Origin: Pyrinomonadaceae bacterium | Lineage (GTDB): Bacteria; Acidobacteriota; Blastocatellia; Pyrinomonadales; Pyrinomonadaceae | Direction: 5' to 3' | Assembly: GCA_041749275.1 (NCBI GenBank) | Contig: JBGTBQ010000014.1 | Coordinates: 1,751 to 65,750, forward strand | Length of the DNA: 64,000 nucleotides | Part shown: positions 26,519 to 34,062 of the stretch, piece after piece | Position numbering within the stretch: the stretch's first letter is position 1 | How the letters are laid out: every line of letters begins with the position of its first letter | Made by a program: the position numbers and the translations under genes | Notes under the pieces: generated by a model | Told to the model about the DNA's origin: nothing | Seen by the model: only the letters and a program-made list of their open reading frames with translations | The model's database searches: none

Positions 26519-26764
26519 TAGATGTCAGATGTCGGTGGAAGACAATGACTATAGCAATTTGCAATTGGATGCGACTACATCAACGACCGTTTAGAGGCGG
26601 GCCATGCCCGCCGTCTCAAGTTGACTACATCAACGACCGTTTAGAGGCGGGCCATGCCCGCCGTCTCAAGTTGAACCGGCGGGCATTGCCCGCCTCTAAA
26701 CGGTCGCACACAATTGCAAGCCGATATAACATCTAACATCTAACATCCGACATCCGACATCCGA
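26504..26764. repeat. 260-bp nested palindrome with a 50-bp tandem duplication, filling the ribD-rsmA spacer
   Basis: Outer arms: (NCAGATG)x4-5 at 26504-26538 versus CATCTAA x2 + CATCCGA x3 at 26730-26764. Middle arms: about 26550-26573 versus 26705-26728 (about 17/24 complementary). Direct repeats: 26573-26622 and 26623-26672 are identical. An inverted 29-nt copy, GGCGGGCATTGCCCGCCTCTAAACGGTCG, lies at about 26677-26706. Confidence 0.85.
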
Positions 26765-26767
26765 TTT

Positions 26768-27607
26768 ATGCGTGCAAAGAAGAGGCTGGGGCAGAACTTT
26801 CTGGTTGACGAGAGCATCGCGGGTCGCATCGTCCGCGAGTTGCAGCCGCGCGCGGACGAAACCATCATCGAGATCGGGGCGGGACAGGGCGCTTTGACGG
26901 CGCGACTCGTCGAAAGCGCGGGGCGGTTGATCGCCATTGAGTTCGACCGAGACCTCGTGCCGGCACTGCGTGGACGTTTCGCGGCGCGTGAGAACTTCGA
27001 GCTTATCAGCGCCGATGCGCTCGACATTGACTATTGCTCGGTCATCGCCCCGGACATTGCGGCCCGCGTCGTCGCCAATCTTCCTTACAACATCTCGACC
27101 GCCATCCTGCAACGTCTGATCGAATACCGCCACTGCATCACGGAGATGGTCCTGATGCTTCAGCGCGAAGTCGTGGAGAGGATCGCTGCCCCGGCAGGTT
27201 CGAGCGAGCGCGGATTCCTCTCCGTGTTCATCGAGGCGCATTGCGAAGTCGAGAAATTATTCGACGTGCCGCCGGATGCGTTCCGCCCGATCCCAAAGAT
27301 TTGGAGCGCGGTCGCGTGCCTGCGAATGCACGAGCGAATCCCGGTGGAGGTCGGTGACTCAAAGCTGTTGTGGCAGGTCGTGAGCGCGGGCTTCGCGCAG
27401 CGGCGCAAGACGATCTACAACAACCTGCGTGCGGCGCCGGAAGGATTGCGCGCGCTCGTCGAAGCCGCGGGCGGCTCGGCCATGCTACTGGAAGCGGCGG
27501 GAGTCGAGCCGTCGCGCCGTGCCGAAACACTGACGCTGCAAGAATGGTCGGCGCTCGCCCGCAATCTGCAACCACCGCCAGTTGAACACGCAGACGCAGT
27601 GGAATAG
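26768..27607 (+). CDS. rsmA: 16S rRNA (adenine1518/1519-N6)-dimethyltransferase RsmA/KsgA
   Basis: MRAKKRLGQNFLVDESIAGRIV...EIGAGQGALT...NLPYNIST. Confidence 0.95.
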   Translation: MRAKKRLGQNFLVDESIAGRIVRELQPRADETIIEIGAGQGALTARLVESAGRLIAIEFDRDLVPALRGRFAARENFELISADALDIDYCSVIAPDIAARVVANLPYNISTAILQRLIEYRHCITEMVLMLQREVVERIAAPAGSSERGFLSVFIEAHCEVEKLFDVPPDAFRPIPKIWSAVACLRMHERIPVEVGDSKLLWQVVSAGFAQRRKTIYNNLRAAPEGLRALVEAAGGSAMLLEAAGVEPSRRAETLTLQEWSALARNLQPPPVEHADAVE

Positions 27608-27623
27608 GTAGGCATGGAGGGAT

Positions 27624-27665
27624 GATGAAGAGGGAGCGTTGATTGGTCAACGCTCCCTCTTCATC
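27624..27665 (+). terminator. Perfect 19-bp hairpin after rsmA
   Basis: GATGAAGAGGGAGCGTTGA-ttgg-TCAACGCTCCCTCTTCATC, 17 nt after the stop, followed by a moderately U-rich CTCTGGTTCTTC. Confidence 0.55.
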
Positions 27666-27758
27666 CTCTGGTTCTTCACGGTCTTCAACACTGTGTCTTA
27701 GTCCAAAAATTATTAACCCGCGAGCCGCGCCTTCAGTCAACAGGTGAAACATGACTTG

Positions 27759-27767
27759 TGTTATACT
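27759..27767 (+). promoter_or_regulatory. Candidate extended -10 element (TGTTATACT) upstream of RNase J
   Basis: TG-T-TATACT at 27759-27767, the same 9-mer as upstream of rnpB. It implies a 5' UTR of about 60 nt if translation starts at 27833. Confidence 0.3.
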
Positions 27768-27832
27768 GCATGGCTATCAAGCCCCCTTGTCTAATGCAAC
27801 CAGCGCCAGTTGGTTGGGAGAGAAAGAAAAAA

Positions 27833-29500
27833 GTGAGTAATGTAATTGAGATAATCCCGCTCGGCGGAGTCGGCGAGTTCGGGATGAACTGCATGGGCGT
27901 GCGCTACGGCGACGATATGATCGTCGTGGACGCCGGAATGGGATTCCCCGAAGAGAGCGTTTACGGCGTTGACGTATGCGTGCCGGACTTCGATTTTCTC
28001 GAAGAGTACCGCGACAACATCATCGCCGTCGTCCTCACGCACGGGCACGAGGATCACCTCGGCGCGCTTCCCTACATCCTGAAGAAATTCAACGTGCCGG
28101 TCTACGCCTCGCACTTTACGGCGGGTCTCGCCGAAAGCAAACTCGAAGAGCACGGCCTCACGGACGACGTGCTGCTGCACCGCGTCGAACCGCGCGAGAC
28201 GGTCGAGATCGGAGAGTTCGAGGTCGAGTTCATACGCGTCTCGCACTCCCTGATTGACTGCTTCGCGCTCGCCATCAAGACGCCTGCCGGCACGATCATC
28301 CACACCGGCGACTACAAGGTTGACGAAACGCCGGTCATCGGCGAGCCGATTGACCTCCGGACTTTGCGCCGCTACGGGCAGGAGGGCGTGCTTGCGCTCA
28401 CCTCCGATTCGACGAATGCCACCGTACCGGGGCGCACGCCGTCGGAGCGCGCCGTCATTCCGGCCTTTGAAGAGATATTCGAGGAGACGGAGGGGCGCAT
28501 CATCGTCGCCGCGTTCGCCTCTTCGATTCACCGTCTTCAGATCGTGCTCGACGTGGCGCAGCAGTTCGACCGCAAAGTCTGTGTGCTCGGTCGCTCGATG
28601 TTGAAGAACGTGGAGATCGCGGAGCGGCTCGGTTATCTCGACATTCACGACATGATCGTCCCTTTGAATGAGGCGAAGAAATTGCCGGATGGGGATGTCG
28701 TCTATCTCGTCACCGGCTCGCAGGGCGAAGCCCGTGCGGCGCTCTCGCAGTTGGCGACCGGCTCTTACAAGGGTCTCTCGATCCGCGAGGGCGATACGGT
28801 CGTGCTCTCGGCGCGCATCATCCCCGGCAACGAGCGCGCCATCTCGCGTCTGATCGGAGAAATCTACAAGCGCGGCGGCAACATCATTGACGAGAAGCGC
28901 CGCCTCATACACGTCAGCGGCCACGCCTCACAGGAGGACATCCGCATTATGACCGAAGCCGTCCGGCCACGCTTCGTTATCCCCGTCCACGGCGAGTACC
29001 GGATGCTGTACCGGCATAAAGAGTTTCTCAAGAATCACTGCGACTTTCCGGAAGCGAACATCATCCTCATTGAAAACGGCGACGTGCTCGAACTCGGCGA
29101 GGGTCACGCCGAGGTGATTGACAAGCGCGAAGTGAAGCGCACCTTCATTGACGAGTCGGGGTTCGAGGAGATTGACAACGAGACGGTGCGTGAGCGCAAA
29201 CAACTCGCATACGACGGAGTGGTGACGCCGGTCGTCACGTTGCGCGAAGAGACGGGCGAACTTGAATCGCCGCCCGAAATCGCCACGCGCGGTCTGATGG
29301 GGATTGACGGCGACGGCGCGAGCAGCAGCTTCATGCGTGACATGCAGCGCGTCGTTACCGAAGCGGTCGAAAAATCGCCCGCCGCCGAGCGACGCGACAC
29401 AAGCCTCCTGAAAGAACGAGTCCGCGTCGAACTCAAACGCTACATCCAGAAGCAGACTGGCGCGCGGCCCGTCATCATGCCGGTCGTCGTACAGGTCTGA
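27833..29500 (+). CDS. rnj: Ribonuclease J
   Basis: ORF 27758..29500(+). The preferred start is the GTG at 27833 (VSNVIEIIPLGGVGEFGMNC, GGGAGAG upstream); an alternative ATG is at 27794. Metallo-beta-lactamase LTHGHEDHLGALPY and beta-CASP / RNase J C-terminal domains. Confidence 0.9.
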   Translation: MSNVIEIIPLGGVGEFGMNCMGVRYGDDMIVVDAGMGFPEESVYGVDVCVPDFDFLEEYRDNIIAVVLTHGHEDHLGALPYILKKFNVPVYASHFTAGLAESKLEEHGLTDDVLLHRVEPRETVEIGEFEVEFIRVSHSLIDCFALAIKTPAGTIIHTGDYKVDETPVIGEPIDLRTLRRYGQEGVLALTSDSTNATVPGRTPSERAVIPAFEEIFEETEGRIIVAAFASSIHRLQIVLDVAQQFDRKVCVLGRSMLKNVEIAERLGYLDIHDMIVPLNEAKKLPDGDVVYLVTGSQGEARAALSQLATGSYKGLSIREGDTVVLSARIIPGNERAISRLIGEIYKRGGNIIDEKRRLIHVSGHASQEDIRIMTEAVRPRFVIPVHGEYRMLYRHKEFLKNHCDFPEANIILIENGDVLELGEGHAEVIDKREVKRTFIDESGFEEIDNETVRERKQLAYDGVVTPVVTLREETGELESPPEIATRGLMGIDGDGASSSFMRDMQRVVTEAVEKSPAAERRDTSLLKERVRVELKRYIQKQTGARPVIMPVVVQV

Positions 29501-29506
29501 GAATCG

Positions 29507-29534
29507 GAAGTCAGGAGTCAGCAGTTAGCAGTCC
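29507..29534. repeat. Direct heptamer array GAAGTCA GGAGTCA GCAGTTA GCAGTCC right after the RNase J stop
   Basis: Four 7-nt units in the 45-nt rnj / ACT-gene spacer. The unit is related to the GGAGTCN array at the recJ stop. No complementary arm was found nearby. Confidence 0.7.
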
Positions 29535-29545
29535 GATGATGCCTC

Positions 29546-30025
29546 ATGCCCTCTTCCGCTTGGAATTTGTCCACTGCCTTTATGAGCAACGCCGATGCCG
29601 CGGAACTCTTGCGCCGCACGAAAGTCGAGGTCGCGCCCGAAACGTTCGTCGTGGTTGGATTGCGCCATGAAGAGTGGTCGCGGGTGCTCGAAAATCCCGA
29701 GTTGAGTCCGCGCGCCGATGCAGTCTTCATGCTGCTGCGCGACAAATACGAAGTGACATTGTTACTGGAGGAAGAGGACTGGCGCACTATGCGCCACGCC
29801 GCGCGGGACGCACGCGTCGAGGCTGGTTTTCGTCTCTTGACGTTGAACATCGAGCTGCCATGGAACGTCGTCGGTTATCTCGCGCGCGTCACGGAGATAC
29901 TGGCGGGCGCGGGCGTAACGGTCGGCGCGCTCTCCTCATTTTCGCGCGACCACCTGTTGATTAAGCAGGATGAACTCGGCCATGCTCTGCGCGCGCTCGG
30001 CGAGCATGTGGCCGAACTCTGTTAG
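29546..30025 (+). CDS. ACT-domain (ACT_7-like) small regulatory protein
   Basis: 159 aa (an alternative start MSNADAAELL is at 29582). C-terminal ...NVVGYLARVTEILAGAGVTVGALSSFSRDHLLIKQDEL resembles ACT_7 domains. Confidence 0.55.
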   Translation: MPSSAWNLSTAFMSNADAAELLRRTKVEVAPETFVVVGLRHEEWSRVLENPELSPRADAVFMLLRDKYEVTLLLEEEDWRTMRHAARDARVEAGFRLLTLNIELPWNVVGYLARVTEILAGAGVTVGALSSFSRDHLLIKQDELGHALRALGEHVAELC

Positions 30026-30032
30026 TTCGTGT

Positions 30033-30806
30033 ATGCGATATAAGTGGGAAGATAAAGTCGTGCTGGTGACGGGCGCGTCGTCCGGCATCGGTCGCGCGTT
30101 GGCGGTCGAACTGGGGCGGCGCGGCGCCAGCGTCGGCGTGCTGGCGCGGCGAGCGGAGGTGGTGACGGATGTTGCCGGGGAGGTCGAACGAGCCGGAGGG
30201 AAAGCTCTGGCGTTGAAGGCGGACGTGAGAGCCGAAGCGGAGTTGGAGAGAGCGGTCACGCGCGTGATTGAGTTGTGGGGGCGCATTGACGTGCTTGTGG
30301 CGAACGCGGGGATGAGCACTACGACCGCCGCGACAAGCCTCCGCGCGGGTGAAGCGGGCGATGTGATTTCGGTGAACGTCATTGGCGTCGTCAACAGCGT
30401 GGCGGCGGTGTTGCCCGGCATGCTCGAACGCGGCAGCGGCCACCTCGTCGCCATTTCGAGCCTCGCCTCATACCGCGGGATGCCAAAGTCAGGCGCGTAT
30501 AGCGCGAGCAAGGCGGCGGTCTCGACCTTCTTCGAGAGCCTCCGCGTTGACCTGCGAAAGAGCGGCCTCACGGTCACGACCATTCATCCCGGTTTCATCC
30601 GCACGCCCATGACCGCCGGGCGAAAAGTGAAACTCCCCTTCCTGATGGAGGTCGAGCCGGCGGCGCGGCTGATCGTCCGCGCCATTGAGCGGCGCGCGCG
30701 CACCTTTGCGTTTCCGTGGCAGTTGGCCGGCGTCGTGCGTTTGATGAAATACCTGCCCGATGCGGTCTACGACCGCCTTGCGTCGAATACATCTTTCAGA
30801 GATTGA
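30033..30806 (+). CDS. Short-chain dehydrogenase/reductase (SDR)
   Basis: ORF 29970..30806(+). Start moved to MRYKWEDKVVLVTGASSGIGRA (Rossmann TGxxxGIG). Catalytic YSASK. Confidence 0.8.
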   Translation: MRYKWEDKVVLVTGASSGIGRALAVELGRRGASVGVLARRAEVVTDVAGEVERAGGKALALKADVRAEAELERAVTRVIELWGRIDVLVANAGMSTTTAATSLRAGEAGDVISVNVIGVVNSVAAVLPGMLERGSGHLVAISSLASYRGMPKSGAYSASKAAVSTFFESLRVDLRKSGLTVTTIHPGFIRTPMTAGRKVKLPFLMEVEPAARLIVRAIERRARTFAFPWQLAGVVRLMKYLPDAVYDRLASNTSFRD

Positions 30807-30867
30807 GGCGGTCAGACATCAGCGGTTGGCTATCAAACTAAGCTGGGAAAGCTGACCGCTTAAATAT

Positions 30868-31785
30868 ATGACAATTCTTCAAGCTATCATCCTCGGCATC
30901 GTGCAGGGGTTGACTGAGTTCATCCCGATCAGTTCGACGGCGCATCTTGTGTTCGCCAGCCGCTTGACCGGTCTCTACGAAGGCGTCGAGCAGGCGCTCC
31001 GCGCGCAGCAGACGACAGCCACTATCGCCGTTATCCAACTCGGCACGCTGCTCGCCGTTATCGTTTATTTCTCGCGCGACATCTGGGCCATCAGCAACGC
31101 TTTCGTCCGCGACCACTTCGCGCTGTTGCGCGGCGGCGCGGGCGCGACCAAGGGGAGTGCCGGCGCCGGCTTCTGGTCGCGCCTATCGAACGAGGCGCGT
31201 TTGGGCTGGCTGATCGTCATCGGGTCGCTCCCCGTCGGAGTATTCGGGTTGCTCTTCAAGGATGTGATTGAAGGCACCTTTACGAAAAACCTGTGGGTCA
31301 TCGCTACGATGATGATCTTCGTCGCACTGCTGTTGCTGGTCGCGGAGAAGGTTGGCGCGCGGCGCAAGGAGGTTGAAGACCTCGGAGTGATGGACGCATT
31401 GGCGGTCGGCTTCGCGCAGGTGCTGGCGCTCGTGCCGGGCGCGAGTCGTTCGGGTTCGACCATCATGGGCGGTCTCTTCGCGGGTGAGAAACGCGAAACC
31501 GCCGCTCGCTTCTCGTTCCTGCTCTCGATTCCGGCCATCGCCGCGAGCGGGCTGCTCGAACTCAAAGAGGCGCTGGAAAAACTCCCGCCCGGCAGCGCGC
31601 TCCCCCTCGCCATCGCCACGCTTGTCTCCGGCCTCGTCGGCTACGCCTCGATCTGGTTCCTTCTGCGTTTTCTCCGCACCCATTCAACCGGCGTTTTCAT
31701 CGGCTACCGCCTTGTCGTCGGCGGCATCATCCTCGCGCTACTGGCGGCGGGCTTGATCAGCCCGCTGGATGGGATGGTAGGTTGA
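30868..31785 (+). CDS. uppP: Undecaprenyl-diphosphate phosphatase
   Basis: MTILQAIILGIVQGLTEFIPISSTAHL and PGASRSGSTIMGG; a polytopic membrane protein. Confidence 0.9.
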   Translation: MTILQAIILGIVQGLTEFIPISSTAHLVFASRLTGLYEGVEQALRAQQTTATIAVIQLGTLLAVIVYFSRDIWAISNAFVRDHFALLRGGAGATKGSAGAGFWSRLSNEARLGWLIVIGSLPVGVFGLLFKDVIEGTFTKNLWVIATMMIFVALLLLVAEKVGARRKEVEDLGVMDALAVGFAQVLALVPGASRSGSTIMGGLFAGEKRETAARFSFLLSIPAIAASGLLELKEALEKLPPGSALPLAIATLVSGLVGYASIWFLLRFLRTHSTGVFIGYRLVVGGIILALLAAGLISPLDGMVG

Positions 31786-31916
31786 GGTAGGCAAAAGCGA
31801 AGAAGTGAAAAGAGGTGCTTGCTGTTGCCTTCCGTCAGGCGCTCGCGGGATGTGTGCGTCTTCGGGTACACTTATCCAGCCCACTCATATTAAACGGCGC
31901 AATCTAACCGGTTGGG

Positions 31917-32264
31917 ATGGAGGGCGATAGATCATTCATGGACGACGACCAGAAACATAAAGAGGTTCCCTCCGCGCAGCGACCACGCAGCCCGCGTGTC
32001 CCGGTCAACTTCACAGTCGAAATTCAGGGTTACAACGCCCGGAACGAGGCTTTTCAGGTGCAGGCCGAGGCGGTGCGTGTGAGCCGCGGCGGGGCGACGC
32101 TCATCGCCGAGGTGGAGGTTGAGGCGGGCACGGTCGTGAGCCTGACGCCGCCTTTTGGACGCGCGCTCGAAGCGGAGATCAACGGCGTGTGGAAGGATGA
32201 AACGGACGGGCGGCAGCGCATCGGTGTGCGCCTGCTCGACCCAAACGGCTGGTTCGCGGAATGA
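31917..32264 (+). CDS. PilZ-domain protein (putative c-di-GMP receptor)
   Basis: 115 aa. RPRSPRVPV (RxxxR) followed by VRVSRGGATL (xSxxG). Its stop overlaps the recJ ATG (ATGA). Confidence 0.6.
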   Translation: MEGDRSFMDDDQKHKEVPSAQRPRSPRVPVNFTVEIQGYNARNEAFQVQAEAVRVSRGGATLIAEVEVEAGTVVSLTPPFGRALEAEINGVWKDETDGRQRIGVRLLDPNGWFAE

Positions 32265-34018
32265 TGATGAGGGCCGAGAGCCGCGGACGGCACGATGAGA
32301 AACGTTGGATCATACGCTCCGACGACCGCGTTCAATCGCGCGCATTGGCCCAAGCCCTCCGTGTCTCGCCGGTCGTCGCCGGACTGCTTATCACCCGCGG
32401 CGTCGAGACAGTAGAAGCCGCCCGCGCTATCCTCAACCCATCCCTCGAACAGTTGCATGACCCATATCTGATGCTCGGCATGAGAGAGTCGGTCGAGCGG
32501 GTGCTCCGCGCGGTCGAAGCGGACGAGAAAATTCTGATCTATGGGGATTACGACGTTGACGGGACGACCGGCACCGTCGTCCTGCGCCGTGCCCTGCGGG
32601 TGCTGGGGGCGCGCACCGGCTATCACGTCCCGCACCGCTTCACCGAAGGCTACGGCATCCGCCGCGACGTGCTCGAGCGCGCGAAGGAAGATGGATACAC
32701 GCTCGTCATCAGCGTGGACTGCGGCATCCGCGCGCACGAGCCTCTGGAATGGGCGCGGGACGCTGGTCTCGACGTGATCGTCACGGACCACCACCTGCCC
32801 GACGAGGGCGAGGGCGCGCCGCCTGCTTTCGCCGTCCTCAACCCCAACCAACGCGGTTGCGGCTATCCCGATAAAAATCTCGCGGGTGTTGGCGTCGCTT
32901 TCAAGCTCGTGGACGCGCTCTTCCGCGAACGTGGACGCGCGGGGTCAGTCAGCGGATTTCTCAAGGTCGTGGCTATCGGCACGGTGGCGGATGTCGCTCA
33001 ACTTGTCGGCGAGAACCGCGCTATCGTCTCGCTGGGGCTGGCCGATTTGTGGAAGGCGACGAACCCCGGACTGCGCGCGTTGATGGAAATTTCGGGCAGT
33101 GGCGACGGTCGCGGGATGCGCGCGAGCGACTTGGGTTTCCGGCTCGGCCCGCGCATCAATGCCGCCGGGCGGATGGACGCCGCGCGCGCCGTCATCGAGT
33201 TGTTCGAGACGACGGACAGAGAGGAAGCCAAGCGCCTCGCCGAACACCTCGACGCGCGCAACCGCGAGCGCCGCGTCGTGCAACAGGAGATTACCGAGCG
33301 CGCCATCGCGGAGCTTGAATTTTCGGGCGGCCCCGACAGCGCGGTCGCCGTCGTCGCGGGCAATGGCTGGCATCGCGGCGTGGTCGGCCTCGCGGCCTCG
33401 AAGCTCGTCGAGCGGCTACACCGCCCCGCGGTCGTCATCTCGCTCGATGAAGATGGGTTGGGGCACGGCTCCGCCCGAAGCACGGAGAACTTCCACATGC
33501 TCGACGCGCTGACCGCGTGCGCCGATCTGCTTGACGGTTTCGGCGGGCACGCGCACGCCGCCGGTCTCGCCGTCCGCCGCGAAAACGTCGCGGAACTCCG
33601 TCGCCGCCTAAACGAACACGCCGCCGTCATGCTCCGCGAAGAAGATTTCATACCCATTGTCAACGTTGACATGGAGCTGCCGGCGGACGCGCTCTCGCTC
33701 GAACTCTGCGACGAACTCGGCGCGCTCGAACCGTTCGGCGCCGGCTGGCCGAACCCCATCTTCTCGACGCGCAACCTGCGCGTCGTCGCCGAACCGCGCG
33801 TGATGAAGGAGCGGCACTTGAAACTTCATGTCGCGGGCGCAGACGGGCGCACGCACGAGGCGGTCTGGTGGGGCGGCGCCGAAAAAACAACTGCAACGCC
33901 CCGCGCCGGCGACCGCATCGAAATGGCCTACCGGCTCGAAGCTAACACGTGGCGTGACAAGTGCCGCTTGCAGTTGGTGGTCGAGGATATAAAAGAAAGT
34001 CCGGAGTCTGGAGTCTGA
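32261..34018 (+). CDS. recJ: Single-stranded-DNA-specific exonuclease RecJ
   Basis: DHH motifs IYGDYDVDGTTG, SVDCG and VTDHH; DHHA1 motif GGHAHAAG. Confidence 0.95.
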   Translation: MMMRAESRGRHDEKRWIIRSDDRVQSRALAQALRVSPVVAGLLITRGVETVEAARAILNPSLEQLHDPYLMLGMRESVERVLRAVEADEKILIYGDYDVDGTTGTVVLRRALRVLGARTGYHVPHRFTEGYGIRRDVLERAKEDGYTLVISVDCGIRAHEPLEWARDAGLDVIVTDHHLPDEGEGAPPAFAVLNPNQRGCGYPDKNLAGVGVAFKLVDALFRERGRAGSVSGFLKVVAIGTVADVAQLVGENRAIVSLGLADLWKATNPGLRALMEISGSGDGRGMRASDLGFRLGPRINAAGRMDAARAVIELFETTDREEAKRLAEHLDARNRERRVVQQEITERAIAELEFSGGPDSAVAVVAGNGWHRGVVGLAASKLVERLHRPAVVISLDEDGLGHGSARSTENFHMLDALTACADLLDGFGGHAHAAGLAVRRENVAELRRRLNEHAAVMLREEDFIPIVNVDMELPADALSLELCDELGALEPFGAGWPNPIFSTRNLRVVAEPRVMKERHLKLHVAGADGRTHEAVWWGGAEKTTATPRAGDRIEMAYRLEANTWRDKCRLQLVVEDIKESPESGV

Positions 34019-34055
34019 AGTCCGGAGTCCGGACTTGTGTTCATACTCCAGACTG
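34001..34055. repeat. Heptamer array CCGGAGT CTGGAGT CTGAAGT CCGGAGT CCGGACT overlapping the recJ stop, with a complementary ACTCCAGACT arm
   Basis: Five 7-nt units at 34001-34035 encode the last recJ residues (..PESGV*). AGTCTGGAGT (34005-34014) is complementary to ACTCCAGACT (34045-34054). AGTCCGGACT is itself palindromic. Confidence 0.75.
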
Positions 34056-34062
34056 TTTAGCC

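Noticed and set aside
26573-26672. Possible CRISPR array (identical 50-bp direct repeats, plus heptamer arrays elsewhere)
   Set aside because: There are only two directly abutting copies with no spacers, and no cas genes in the window. The heptamer arrays have 7-nt units, far too short for CRISPR repeats.
27791-28924. 377-aa minus-strand ORF
   Set aside because: It is antisense to RNase J, which carries the HGHEDH metallo-beta-lactamase motif, and shows no motifs of its own. The same reasoning applies to other long antisense ORFs: 4692..5522(-), 12875..13726(-), 21023..21910(-), 22255..23460(-), 24170..25072(-), 41584..42420(-), 62228..62965(-) and 15950..16960(+).
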